DNA from: Squalus acanthias | Taxonomy: Eukaryota | Assembly (NCBI GenBank): GCA_030390025.1 | Contig: CM059432.1 | Coordinates: 33,854,001-33,918,000 of the forward strand | Reading direction: 5' to 3' | Length of the DNA: 64,000 bases | Part shown: positions 23,244-36,600 of the stretch, one piece after another | How the letters are laid out: the number at the start of each line of letters is the position of its first letter | How positions within the stretch are numbered: position 1 is the stretch's first letter | Made by a program: the position numbers and the translations under genes | Notes under the pieces: model-generated | The model's database searches: none | What the model was told of the DNA's origin: nothing | Seen by the model: only the letters and a program-made list of their open reading frames with translations

Positions 23244-23879
23244 GATCCCACAGTCTACCCCAACATGTCTGGTGATGGAAGATTGGAAATAACTCACCCT
23301 TTGTGACAGAATTATCAATCAGATACCTGAACCAGGCCGGCCCACAGCAATCCAGGACACAATTGATGATTAACAAGCTAGCCTGGCTCATTAGTGAAAT
23401 CTGGAGGATAGATCTCTCAAGAAAGGGCTGCTGTTCTTCCTACTCAACTCCAGGAAACCCTAGAAGCCAATAATCTGGTTAGACAAGCAACAGAGAGGTT
23501 ATCAGCGTTCTGTGTTGGTAGGATGCATGGTTTTGACTGGGTAATCTTCAGCAGAGTCTTGCACATACTCGAGGATCCCTAAGCAATAGCCATTGCTAAA
23601 CTGCCCTAAGCTGTTTGGGCTTGAGTAAGTGGGGTGTGTCCCTACAGGGAGAGTGCACACTTCATATTGGGCAAACAGAAACTACCTGTTCAGATATCTC
23701 AGTATTTGGTTTGGGGTCTGTAAACATGGCCATGTGTTTCTACACAGACACCCAGCTGACCAAAGGAAACAAATCTTGTACAGAATTGTCAGTTTACAAT
23801 ATGTACTGTCTTCATCCACTGTGATTATTATATCCAGCCTCAATGAGTAGGATCACAGAGGACAGGACACAGGATGGTG

Positions 23880-24308
23880 AAAGAAAGAAAGAGCTTGCAT
23901 TAATATAGTGCCTTTCACAGCCAATGAAATACTTTTGAAGTGTAATGTAGGAACACACAGTGGCCAATTTGCGCACAGCAAGGTCCCAAAAAATAGCACT
24001 GAGATAAAGGACCAGATAATCCATTTTAATGATGTTGGTTGTGGGATAAATATTGATCAGGGCTCTGGGAGAACTATCCTGGTCTTCTTTGAATAGTGCT
24101 GTGGGATCTTTTACATCCACCTGAGAGGGCAGATGGGGCTTCAGTTTAACGTCTCATCTGAAAGACGGCACCTCCCACAGTGCAGCATTCCCTTAGTGCT
24201 GCACTGGGAGTGTCAGCCTAGATTGTGGGCTCAGGTCTCTGGAGTGCGTCTTGAGCCCACAAGCTTTACGAATTAGAAGTCAGAGTGCTAGCACTGAGCC
24301 AGGGCTGA
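23880..24308 (-). mobile_element. Deu-domain SINE, near full length
   Basis: Tail, Deu core and head visible. Confidence 0.85.
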
Positions 24309-24862
24309 CACCTCTAACTGCGTGCATGTTGCTGCTTTTTGAGTGCTGTCTAAACGCTGAAGCTTGGAAGGCAGGGTTAAACGCCTGCCAGGTACAAAGC
24401 TACTGTACCAGGGGACACCATGCATTTATTTATTTATTTCACCGCAATAAGCAGCTTTGGAAGGTTTTAAACTCTCTCTCCTGTCAGAAACAATTTGGAA
24501 AATCTCAGCTAATTCCAGTCGTGCCACTTGGTGATAACCTGACCTTCTAAACGCCCATTGATTCAGTTTCTCCCGCTGGCTCGCTGACATTAGCGTTGCA
24601 GAGGGATTTCCGTGGCTTACTCTCCTTAGCTTCGCTTGGCGGTTGGTATAGCTTGGTCAGCTCTCCTGCGACCTCCCTGCATGGAACTGTTCTTTGGGTT
24701 ACGAGGAAATGACCTAATACTCTGGACCGACACTGAGGACAACATTCGCTTTATTTTCTTTGAGTTTTGTCCCTTCCTTGCCTGAACACTCTGACTCATA
24801 GTCTGCAACGTTTCCACAGATGCCTCTCCACTACCTCATCCAAGTGGTCGTTCGTCAAATAC

Positions 24863-25313
24863 AGCCTTGGCTCAGTCGGTAGCACTCTCACCTCTGAGTC
24901 AGAAGGTTGTGGGTTCAAGCCCCTCTCCAAACCCTTGAGCATGTAATCTAGGCTGACATTTCAGTGCAGTACTGAGGGTGCATTGCACCGTCAAAGGTGC
25001 TGTCTTTCGGATGAGACATTAAACTGAGGACCTGTCTACCATTGCAGGTGGACGTAAAATATCTCATGACACTATTCAAGGAAGAGCTGAGGAGTTCTTC
25101 TTGTATCATGGCCAATATTTATCCCTCAACCAACATCACTAAAAATCAGATTATCTGGATATTATCACATTGCTGTTTGTGGGACCATGCAGTGTGCAAA
25201 TTGGTGCTACATTTTAACAGTGATTATACTTCAATAAGCACTTCATCGGATGTAAAGCTTTTTGGGATGTCCTGAGGTTGTGAAAGGTGCTATATAAATG
25301 CAAGTTCTTTCTT
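24863..25313 (+). mobile_element. Deu-domain SINE, full length
   Basis: A box TGGCTCAGTCGG, B box GGTTCAAGCCC, Deu core, tail GCTATATAAATGCAAGTTCTTTCTT. Confidence 0.9.
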
Positions 25314-25619
25314 CCCAACCTATCAGCTCCCTCAATCTTTTCTTCACTTTGGGACATCCTGAGGTCGTGAATGGCGCAAATTCTTTTTTTCTTAAACAGT
25401 AAGCTATTCGAACATGGGAGTATCACATCCAAACCTAATCCTGTCCTGAACCAACATCCAGGCTCACTTGACACTGGAGTCACTGTCCCGATGCTCTAGG
25501 TCCGTTCCTCCTCTATGAAGAGACTTAGGACGTTTTCTGTGTTAAAGCAGTTGTATAAATACCAGTCTTTGCTGTTGAGGCTCATCCCCAGGGTTATGCG
25601 AAGAGCAATGACTGGCCAA

Positions 25620-25930
25620 GTTGGAGATCCTCAACATTGAAGAGAGGCCTCATAAGGTCCCTTATAGAGGCACAGGATATGTTAATTGGATAGAGAAAGT
25701 GACCCCTGAACAGTCCTTTCAGATAGAGCAGGGAAGCAGGACAAGAAGGCAAAGGGTTAGGGTTGTGAAAGGGCAAGATTTTGAGCAACATCAGGAAATA
25801 TTTATTTACACCGAGAGTGATCAACGGCTGGAGTGAGTTTCCAGGAAGTGAGCGTGAAGTCACGACTCCCAACAGTAATGGGAAGATGATAGGCTCGATG
25901 TTCTGGAAGGACGAGCTCAAATGAGATGAA
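25620..25930 (+). mobile_element. Decayed CR1 3' region
   Basis: GSRTR...R.VKG..., ...FTQRVI-like remnants. Confidence 0.45.
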
Positions 25931-26225
25931 GGTATTGTGAAGCCTTTACCAGTTACCGCTGATGACATGACTGTGGGAGCTGGCTCTGCTGAGTTGTAGA
26001 ACTGCATGGTGGAAAGAAGTTAAATTAATAAACCGCGCTGGAAGGGAAATGTACCACCAAGCATGGAACTGAACCTCGTAGACCAGAAAGGTCCTGGGAT
26101 TGCTCTGCCAGATTGAGCTCAGGCAACTGATCTCAGAAAGGACAGCTCAGAACATCTAGGCTAGGGAGGGAAAAAGTCAGCCATTGTTTCCACACCTATT
26201 GCAATCCAGCAACTTCAGTCAGCAA

Positions 26226-26425
26226 GTGTGTGTGTGTGTGTGTGTGTGTGTATGGATGTGTATGTACAATTGCACGCGTGTATGTGTTTATATATGTGTG
26301 CTTGGATGTATGTGTGTCCGGATCTGTGTGTATATATGCATGTTTGTGTGTGTGTATTTGCATGTGTGAGTGTATGTGTGTTTCTGTACTCACCCAATAT
26401 CATGCGTATGTGTGCACGTGTGCAT
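26226..26425. repeat. (TG)n and degenerate TG/TA microsatellite
   Basis: Directly visible. Confidence 0.95.
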
Positions 26426-27012
26426 GATATTGGGTGAGTACAGGCACGGGATTGGCTGTTGCGCATACCATGATTGAATGACCTGACAATCACTGTTGAG
26501 CCTCATACCTAAAGATGGGCCACTTGGGGAAGTAGCTGAGCATGCTGGGAACCATAAACAAACAAGAGTCAGGAGAAGAGAGAAGAAATGTTTAATCTCC
26601 CCTGATGTCTACCAGATAGGCACAGACACACCATCTCTGCATACCCTAACTTAATATATCAGTCAATATATTGGGGTGCCGTGTTAAGCAGAAGGGATAG
26701 TACATCTGACTGTGTCCATGCTGCATCCCCTTGAATGGTCCCCAACCTTTGGTCCTCTCTGCTTACACAACTCTCACCAATGGCTGCAAGCAGTCAGTAG
26801 TTCATGGCGACAGCCACACCTCGGGAAGCTGCGTTGGTTCGCAGGCTAAACTAGGTGAGGGTAACCTGCGGATTTGTGTCCCGGGTGATAGAGAGACACC
26901 CATCTCCTCAATGCACGAGGAATCCTGTGGTGAATTGGGTGGACTTGGCAGACATGCTAACTTCTCCGCCTAAGAAGGCAATGGTAACAAGGCTTTGTGG
27001 AAAGCTCAGGTA

Positions 27013-27376
27013 CAGGAAACTCTTTATTAACCGGCACCGACGGGACCGGCGTGGTGCCGGTTAATCAAAAAGTCCAGATAATGGAGAGTTATATCTCCCA
27101 ACACACGAGAGCCCCATACAGACTGACATGCGCCTGCATTCGGAGCTCTGTCTCCCCGGGGACCGCCAGCTGACCATCTGTCGTGTCCGCTGCCTACCCG
27201 GGCTGCACATTCCCCTCCCAATCTACATGCTCCGATACAAGGCAAACGCCTCGGGGTTTTTTTTAAAGTTATTTTTAAAGGAGAGATGAAGGAAAACCCC
27301 GGTTACCTACTCAAGAATTTTGCCGGTTAAGAGAGATTTCCGGTTATTTGGGTGCCGGTTAAAAGAGAGTTTCCTG
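27013..27376. mobile_element. Tc1/mariner-pogo (Tigger-like) MITE, 364 bp
   Basis: 26-bp TIR CAGGAAACTCTTTATTAACCGGCACC (24/26 match); TA on both sides (27011-27012, 27377-27378). Confidence 0.92.
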
Positions 27377-28412
27377 TATTTGGTATGGGTGCGTCAGATA
27401 CTGCAGGCCATCCCCTGCAACCCTCCCCATCTTCAAATGTCTGAACCTCGTCTTGCCACTGGATTCAGAGAGCGAGGCAAACTCTGCGCAAATTTCCACA
27501 CTTAAATCAATCTCACATGCAAGTGCCATTCACCTCATTTCCACAAGCCCTGTGGTGATGGGCGAGCAGCAATGCAGTGGGTGAGATCACACTGGAAGCT
27601 GCAGTTATAGACCTGCACACAGGCGGCTCAGGCCATAGAGTCGTTCTTCAGCCCCTGCTGAACTCCGCTGCCGCTTCATTCAGTGCATAGTATGAGGAAA
27701 GTGCGAGAAAAGGTACTCTAAAAATTGCCCACTCCTCTGTTCCCTAGACAGCATGCTACGGCTGACGGGGAATGCCTTTTTGCAGTCGAATACATCCAAA
27801 ATCAAGGAGCAAAACTTAACCTCTCAGCTTTGCTGCCTGGAATGTTCATGGACAACAATTCCACTGGTAGACCTGAACGCAGAACTGCGCTGGTTGCCAG
27901 AGAACTGAACAGATATAAAATAGACATTGCAGCACTAAGTGAAACTCGCCTTGCTGATGTTTGTCAACGTAATGAAACTGGGGCAGACTTTATCTTCTTC
28001 TGGAGTGGTTGGTCCAAAGAGTAATGTCGTGAGGTTTTGCTATCCAGTCCAGTATCGCAGACAAACTTGAGAACTTTCCCAAAATTTCCCTTGCTGGGAA
28101 ATGCCATGCTACCATCATCAGTGCCTATGCACCAAACATGACCAATTCAAACAAAATCAAAGTTCTATAAAGATCTAAACCACTCTATCTCTCAGGTACT
28201 TAAGAATGACAAACTCATCATCTTGGGCGACTTCAACGCTTGTGTCAGGTCAGACCATCAAACCTGGCAGGACATCATTGGCAAACATGGCATTGGAAAT
28301 TACAGCAGTAACAGCCTTCTGCTCCTATGGAAATGTGCTGAACACAACCTTATTATCACCAACATCATCTTATGATTGCCAAATAAGAACAAGACATCTT
28401 GGATACACACAC

Positions 28413-29560
28413 TGAAGGGATATTTACTAGTCCTAGCCCCTTTGGGGCTATCCTGGATAAGGTGTATTTCTCAGACGTTCACTTTCAACTAAAGTTTGAG
28501 GTAGCCGAATCCTAAAGATGCTTAACTGGGTCTAAAGGTCCAGGCTATCTCTCCCTAAAGGAAAGGAACAACCCGAGAATGTTACCACCCTCCAGATAGC
28601 GCTTTTAATAAGTTTAGCTAGACTGTAACGCCCCGGATATTATGAGGGTCCGGAGAACTCCTTCAGAATTCTGCAACTCTTCACCAAAGAGTGTACAGAG
28701 ATTGAGTTTGTGAGTTATTGATACAGAAGACTTATGTGAGACAATTCTAAAAATATATAGAGATTTATTAAAGAACCGACATGCAATTTACAGTTGGTGA
28801 ATCAGTCAATCACAACGTTAACAGTTCTAAAAAGAGAAAAAATACGATCTTTTTAACAGAGAATCTTACTTTTAAATCTCAACTTCGCTACAGTATTACA
28901 GTTCTTAAAGTTTTCTATACAGGATATGCATCAATATCAAATATCTTTGATCCCCGAGGTACAAAGAGTGGTAGACCACAGAGCCGCCTCTGCAGCCAAG
29001 AATCGCCTTGCCCGATTAAAGGGACTCTGATATCCAATTTGAGACTTCAATATTTATACCCTTTTTCAGTGGTATTTCCTTTAAAGTTTCTGTTGATGCA
29101 AGTTAATTATCCCTATTCATCTTTCTGCCGACCTCAGCAATTCTTACTGCGACATCAGCTTGTAATATTCCAGAATCTTGTCTTTCTCCAGGTGTTCTGG
29201 GTTAACCATATAAAACGGTGTGAAGGACAGGTGTTCCTTATTTTGTGTCATCTTTACGAGGGCAGATATTCCTTATTTTATGTGCCATCCTTACGAAGTT
29301 TAAATTAAAACATCTTATCCAGGGTGAACCACTGTTTTTGTTCCCAAAGTCAGCCTGTCGGAGCCATGCACCTTCTGTTTCAATAAGGTTATTTATTCAG
29401 GGTCAACAACTGTCTTATCTCAATAGCCAGAATTCTTTCATAGCTATTTCATAGTTAGGTTTCTAAATTTCCAAACCCAGTTTGTCATGTTTTAATAAGG
29501 CCAGAATTCTTTCATAAGATAGTGTATTTTTCTGAATAGCTTAGATGGCTTATTCCTTCA
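28413..29560 (-). mobile_element. Solo LTR, 1148 bp (ERV-like)
   Basis: Termini TGAAGGGATA...TATTCCTTCA (TG..CA, 9/10 inverted); splits the RTE motif WIH/PRSKHWH; minus-strand TATAAATA (about 29051-29058) and AATAAA (28764-28769); CAC on both flanks. Confidence 0.8.
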
Positions 29561-30395
29561 CACCTCGTTCCAAACACTGGCATTTCAATGATAACATCTT
29601 AGTCAGGAAAAGATCACCAAAGCACTGAGAGGTGCTGAATGTTGGACAGACCATCGTCTCATTCGCGCAAAACTCAACATTCACTATAAACCTACTGGGA
29701 GGTCCCCAGGGCAAAAAGCACCCAAGAAGTTAAACGTGAACAAACTCAAGTCTGTTTGCTCAAGACAACAACTCTGCACAGCGAATGAAAACCACTTGAT
29801 CACTGGAAGTAATGCTTCTGGTGACATTGAAGCTGACTGAAACTGCATCAGAGACGCAGTCCACAATGCAGCTTTGGAAGCCTTGGGCCAAACTGTCAGG
29901 ACAGCTTGGATGAAAATAATGATGACATAAAAAGGTTACTTGATGACAAACACCGGCAGCTGTCATCGTGGAGAAAGGACAAGTCATCAACCAAGAAGAA
30001 GCGAGCTGATGACATTCGTAAACAAGTCCAGACTGAACTAAGGAATATGTGTGACACCTGGTGGAGCAAAAAGGCAGATGAATTGCAGTCTTATGTTGAC
30101 AAAATAATACGCTTCAGACAGTATATGGACCACAATCTAGTGGCTCCGAGCCTGTTATGAGCACTGAGGAACTACCCTTCCTACAGACAAAAATCAGATC
30201 CGGAAAAGATGAGCTGACCATTTCCAAAACCTACTAAATCAGAAATCAGCTATCAATGATGACGCCATTGACCAGCTGCCTCAGTGTGACATTAACTATA
30301 TCCTTGCAAAAGAACCTACTATCTCAGAGGCTGCATCAGCAGTCCATCTGTTCTCAAATTGGAAGGCACCTGGTTCTGAAACTATCCCAGCTGAG

Positions 30396-30673
30396 AGAAA
30401 GAAAAAACTAGCATTTTATAGCGCATTTCACGACCTCAGGATGTCCCAAAGCACTTCACAGCTAATGAAGTACTTTTTTGCCATATGGGCACTGTTGTAA
30501 AGTAGGAGACACCGCAGCCAATTTAAGCACAGCAAGGACCCACCAACAGAAATGAGATAATGAGGAGCTAATCTGTTTTAGTGATGCTGATTGAGGGGTA
30601 AATATTGGCCAGGACACCAGGAGAACTCCCCTGCTCTTCACAAAATGGTGCCCTGGGATCTTTGACATCCACC
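30396..30673 (-). mobile_element. Deu-domain SINE truncated at the start of the satellite
   Basis: Tail and body run to GGGATCTTTGACATCCACC, then the satellite begins directly. Confidence 0.85.
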
Positions 30674-33600
30674 ACTACATCCTCTTCATTAATATATCAG
30701 TACACACACACTCGATCACTGCACCCTCTTCATTAATATACCAGAACACACACACTCGATCACTGCATCCTCTTAATTAATATATCAGTTCACACACAGT
30801 CCATCACTGCATCCATTTAATTAATATATTAGTACACTCACACAGCATCACTGCATCCCCTTAATAAATATATCATTACACACACACTCCATCACTGCAT
30901 CCCATTAATTAATATATCAGTAGACACACTCCCCATCACTGCACCCTCTTCATTAAAATATCAGTACACACACACTCCATCACTGCATCCTCTTCAATAA
31001 TATATCAGTACATTCACACTCCATCACTGCCTTATCCTTAATTAATATATCAGCACACTCAAACTCCATCACTGCATCTCCTTAATTATTATATCAGCAC
31101 ACTCACACTCCATCACTGCATCCCCTTAATTAATATATCAGTACACCCACACTCCATCACTGCATCATCATAATTAATATATCAGTACACACACACTCCA
31201 TCACTGCATCCTCTTAATTAATATATCAGTACACCCACACTCCATCACTGCATCCTCTTAATTAATATATCAGTACACACACACTCCATCACTGCATCCT
31301 CTTAATTAATATTTCAGTACATTCACAATCCATCACTGGCTTATACTTAATTAATATATCAGTACACTCACACTCCATAACTGCATCCCCTTCATTAATA
31401 TATCAGTACACACACACTCCATCACTGCATCATCATAATTAATATATCATTAAACCCACACTCCATCACTGCATCCTCTTCATTAATATTTCAGTACATT
31501 CACACTCCATCACTGCATCCTTTTCATTAATATTTCAGTACATTCACACTCCATCACTGCATCACATTAATTAATATATCATTAGACATTCACTCCATCA
31601 CATCATTCTCTCAATTAATATATCAGTGCACACACACTCCATCACTGCATCCTCTTAATTAATATATCATTACACACTCACTCCATCACTGCCTTCTCTC
31701 AATTAATATATCAGAACACTCACACTGCATACTCTAAATTGATATATCAATGCACACACACTCCATCACTGCATCCCATTAATTAATATATCACTACACT
31801 CACACTCCATCACTGCATCAGCAGAATTAATATATGAGTACACTCCCACTCCATCACACGTTCCCTTGATTAACATATCAGTACACTCGCACTCCATCAC
31901 TGCATTATCCTCAATTAATATACCATTACACACACACTCCATCACTGCAGCCTCTTCATTAATATATCATTACACACTCACTACATCACAGCATCCCCTT
32001 AATTAATATATCAGTACACTCACACTCCATCACTGCATCCCCTTAATTAATATATCAGTACACTGACACTCCATCACTGCATCCTCTTAATTAATATATC
32101 AGTACACTCACACTCCATCACTGCATCATCATAATTAATATATCAGTATACACACACTCCATCACTGCATCCCCTTAATTAATATATCAGTACACACACA
32201 CTCCATCACTGCATCCTCTTAATTAATATATCAGTAAACACACACTCCATCACTGCATCCTCTTAATTAATATATCAGTATACACAAACTCCATCACTGC
32301 ATCCCCTTAATTAATATATCAGTACACCCACAGTCCATCACTGCATCCTCTTAATTAATATATCAGTATACACACACTCCATCACTGCATCCTCTTAATT
32401 AATATATCAGGAAACACACACTCCATCACTGCATCCTCTTAATTAATATATCAGTACACTCACACTCCATCACTGCCTCCTCTTCATTAATATATCAGTA
32501 CACACACACTCCATCATTGCATCCTCTTCATTAATATATCAGTACACACACACTCCATCACTGCATCCTCTTAATTAATATATCAGTACAGTCACACTCC
32601 ATCACTGCATCCCCTTAATTAATATATCAGTACACCCACACTCCATCACTGCATCATCATAATTAATATATCAGTACACACACACTCCATCACTGCATCC
32701 CATTAATTAATATATCACTACACTCACACTCCTTCACTGCATCCGCAGAATTAATATATGAGTACACTCCCACTCCATCACACGTTCCCTTGATTAACAT
32801 ACCAGTACACTCCCACTCCATCACTGCATCCCCTTAATTAATATATCAGTATACACACACTCCATCACTGCAGCCTCTTAATTAATATATCAGTACACAC
32901 ACACTCCATCACTGCATCCTCTTAATTAATATATCCGTACACACACACTCCATCACTGCATCATCATAATTAATATATCAGTATACACACACTCCTTCAC
33001 TGCACCCCTTAATTAATATATCAGTACACACACACTCCATCACTGCATCCTCTTAATTAATATATCAGTACACACACACTCCATCACTGCATCCTCTTAA
33101 TTAATATATCAGTACACCCACACTCCATCACTGCATCCACTTAATTAATATATCAGTACACGCACACTCCATCACTGCATCCTCTTAATTAATATATCAG
33201 TACACTCACATTCCATCACTGCATCCTCTTAATTAATATATCAATACACCCAAACTCCATCACTGCATCCTCTTCGTTAATATATCAGTACACACACACT
33301 CCATCACTGCATCCCATTAATTAATATATCACTACACTCACACTCCTTCACTGCATCCGCAGAATTAATATATGAGTACACTCCCACTCCATCACACGTT
33401 CCCTTGATTAACATACCAGTACACTCACACTCCATAACTGCATCCCTTTCATTAATATGTCATTTAACACTCACACTCCATCACTGCATCCCCTTAATTA
33501 ATATATCAGTATACACACACTCCATCACTGCAGCCTCTTAATTAATATATCAGTACGCACACACTCCATCACTGCATCCACTTCATTAATATATCAGTAC

Positions 33601-36600
33601 ACACACACTCCATCACTTCATCCTCTTAATTAATAAATCAGTACACACACACTCCATTACTGCATCCTCTTCATTAATATATCAGTACACTCACACTCCA
33701 TCACTGCATCCACTTAATTAATATATCAGTACAAACACACTCCATCACTGCATCATCATAATTAATATGTCAGTACACACACACTCCATCACTGCATCTA
33801 CTTAATTAATATATCAGTACACACACACTCCATCACTGCATCCTCTTCATTAATTAATCAGTACAGTCACACTCCATCACTGCATCCCCTTAATTAATAT
33901 ATCAGTACACACACACTCCATCACTGCATCCTCTTCATTAATTAATCAGTACACTCACACTCCATCACTGCATCCTCTTAATTAATATATCAGTGCACCC
34001 ACACTCCATCACAACTTCCTCTTCATTAATATATCAGTACACTCAAACTCCATCACTGCATCCTTTTAATTAATATATCAGTACACTCGCACTCCATCAC
34101 TGCATCCTCTTAATTAATATATCAGTACACTCACACTCCATCACTGCATCCTTTTAATTAATATATCAGTACACACACACTCCATCAGTTCTGCCTCTTA
34201 ATTAATAGATCAGTACACACAAACTCCGTCACTGCATCCTCTTAATTAATATATCAGTGCACACACACTCCATCACGGCATCCCATTAATTAATATATCA
34301 CGACACTCACACTCCATCACTGCATCCGCAGAATTAATATATGAGTACACACACACTCCATCACACGTTCCCTTGATTAACATATCAGTACACTCCTACT
34401 CCAGCACTGCATTATCCTCAATTAATATATCATTACACACACACTCCATCACTGCAGCCTCTTCATTAATATATCATTACACACTCACTACATCACAGCA
34501 TCCCCTTAATTAATATATCAGTACACTCACACTCCATCACTGCATTATTTTAATTAATATATCAGTACACTCACACTCCATCACTGCATCCTCTTAATTA
34601 ATATATCAGTACACTCACACTCCATCACTGCATCCTCTTAATTAATATATCAGTACACCCACACTCCATCACTGCATCCTCTTAATTAATATATCAGTAC
34701 ACACACACTCCATCACTGCATCCTCTTAATTAATATATTTGTACACACACACTCCATCACTGCATTATCTTTAATTAATATATCAGTACACTCACATTCC
34801 ATCACTGCATCCCATTAATTATTACATCAGTACACACACACTCCATCACTGCATACTCTTCATTAATATATCAGTACACACCATCTCCTTCACTGCATCC
34901 TCTTAATTAATATATCAGTACAGTCACACTCCATAACTGCATGATCCTTAATTTATATATCAGTACACTCACACTCCATCACTGCAACCCCTTAGTAATA
35001 TATCAGTGCACACACACTCCATCACTGCATCCTCTTCATTAATATATCAGTGCAGACAAAATCTATCAGAGCTTCCTATTCATTTATATATCAGTAAAGT
35101 AACACTCCATCATAGCATCCCCTTAATTAATATATCATTACATTCACACTCCATCTCTGCATTCTCTTCATTAATATATCAGTACACTCACACTCCATCA
35201 CTGCATCCCCTTAATTCATATATCAGTACACTCACACTCCATCACAGCATCCCATTAAAAAATATATCATTACACAGACACTACATCAGAGCATCCCATT
35301 GAAAAATATCAGTACACACACACTCCATCACTGCATCATCTTCATTATTAGATCAGTACATTCACACTCCATCACTGCATCCTCTTAATTAATATTTCAG
35401 GACATTCACAGTCCAAAACTGCATTTCCTTAATTACTATATCAGTGCATCCTCTTAATTAATATATCAGTACACCCACACTCCATCACTGCATCCACTTA
35501 ATTAATATATCAGTACACACACACTCCATCACTGCATCCTCTTCATTAATTAATCAGTACACTCACACTCCATCACTGCATCCTCTTATTTTATATATCA
35601 TTACACCCACACTCCATCACTGCATCCCATTAATTAATATATCATTGGACATTCAATCCATCACATCATTCTCTCAATTAATATATCAGTACACACACAC
35701 TCCATCACTGCATCCCATTAATTAATATATCATTAGACATTCAATCCATCACTGCATCCTCTTCATTAATATATCAGTACACACAAACTCCGTCACTGCA
35801 TCCTCTTAATTAATATGTCAGTACACTCACATTCCAACACTGCATCCTCTTAATTAATATATCAGTGCACTCACACTCCATCACTGCATCCTCTAAATTA
35901 TTATATCAGGACACACAAACTCCATCACTGCATCCTCTTAATTAATATATCAGTGCACACAAACTCCATCACTGCATCCTCTTCAGTAATATATCACTAC
36001 AGACACAATCTATCATAGCTTCCTATTCATTTATATATCAGTAAAGTAACACTCCATCATAGCATCCCCTTAATTAATACATCAGTACACACACACTCCA
36101 TCACTGCAGCCTCTTCATTAATATATCATTATACACTCACTACATCACAGCATCCCCTTAATTAATATATCAGTACACTCACATTCCATCACTGCATCCC
36201 CTTAATTAATATATCATAAAACACTCACACTTCATTACTGCATCCTCTTCATTAATATATCAGTACAATCACAGTCCATCACTGCATCCCCTTAATTCAT
36301 ATATCAGTAAACACACACTCCATCACAGCTACCCATTAAAAAATATATCATTACACACACACTCCATCACTGCATCATCTTCATTATTAGATCAGTACAT
36401 TCACACTCCATCACTGCATCCCCTTAATTAATATATCAGTACACACACACTCCATCACTGCATCCTCTTCATTGATATATCAGTACAATCACACTCCATC
36501 ACTGCTTTCTCTTAATTAACATATCAGTACACTCACACTCCATCACTGCATCCTCTTCATTATTATTTCAGGACGTTCACAGTCCAAAACTGCATTTCCT

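Larger units (their letters stand above)
26671..30395 (+). mobile_element. RTE-clade LINE, 5' portion (UTR, AP endonuclease, linker), decayed and interrupted twice
   Basis: MDNN..RPERRTALVARELNRYKIDIAALSETRLAD...FFWSG; DKLIILGDFNA; TSWIH|PRSKHWH split by an LTR; CWTDHRLI; ends at KAPGSETIPAE; 5' boundary approximate. Confidence 0.9.

Noticed and set aside
26184..26493. Cys/Val- and His/Thr-rich ORFs
   Set aside because: Translations of the TG microsatellite
28781..29308. 175-aa ORF
   Set aside because: Lies antisense within the solo LTR with no recognisable domain; treated as chance, though not checked by search
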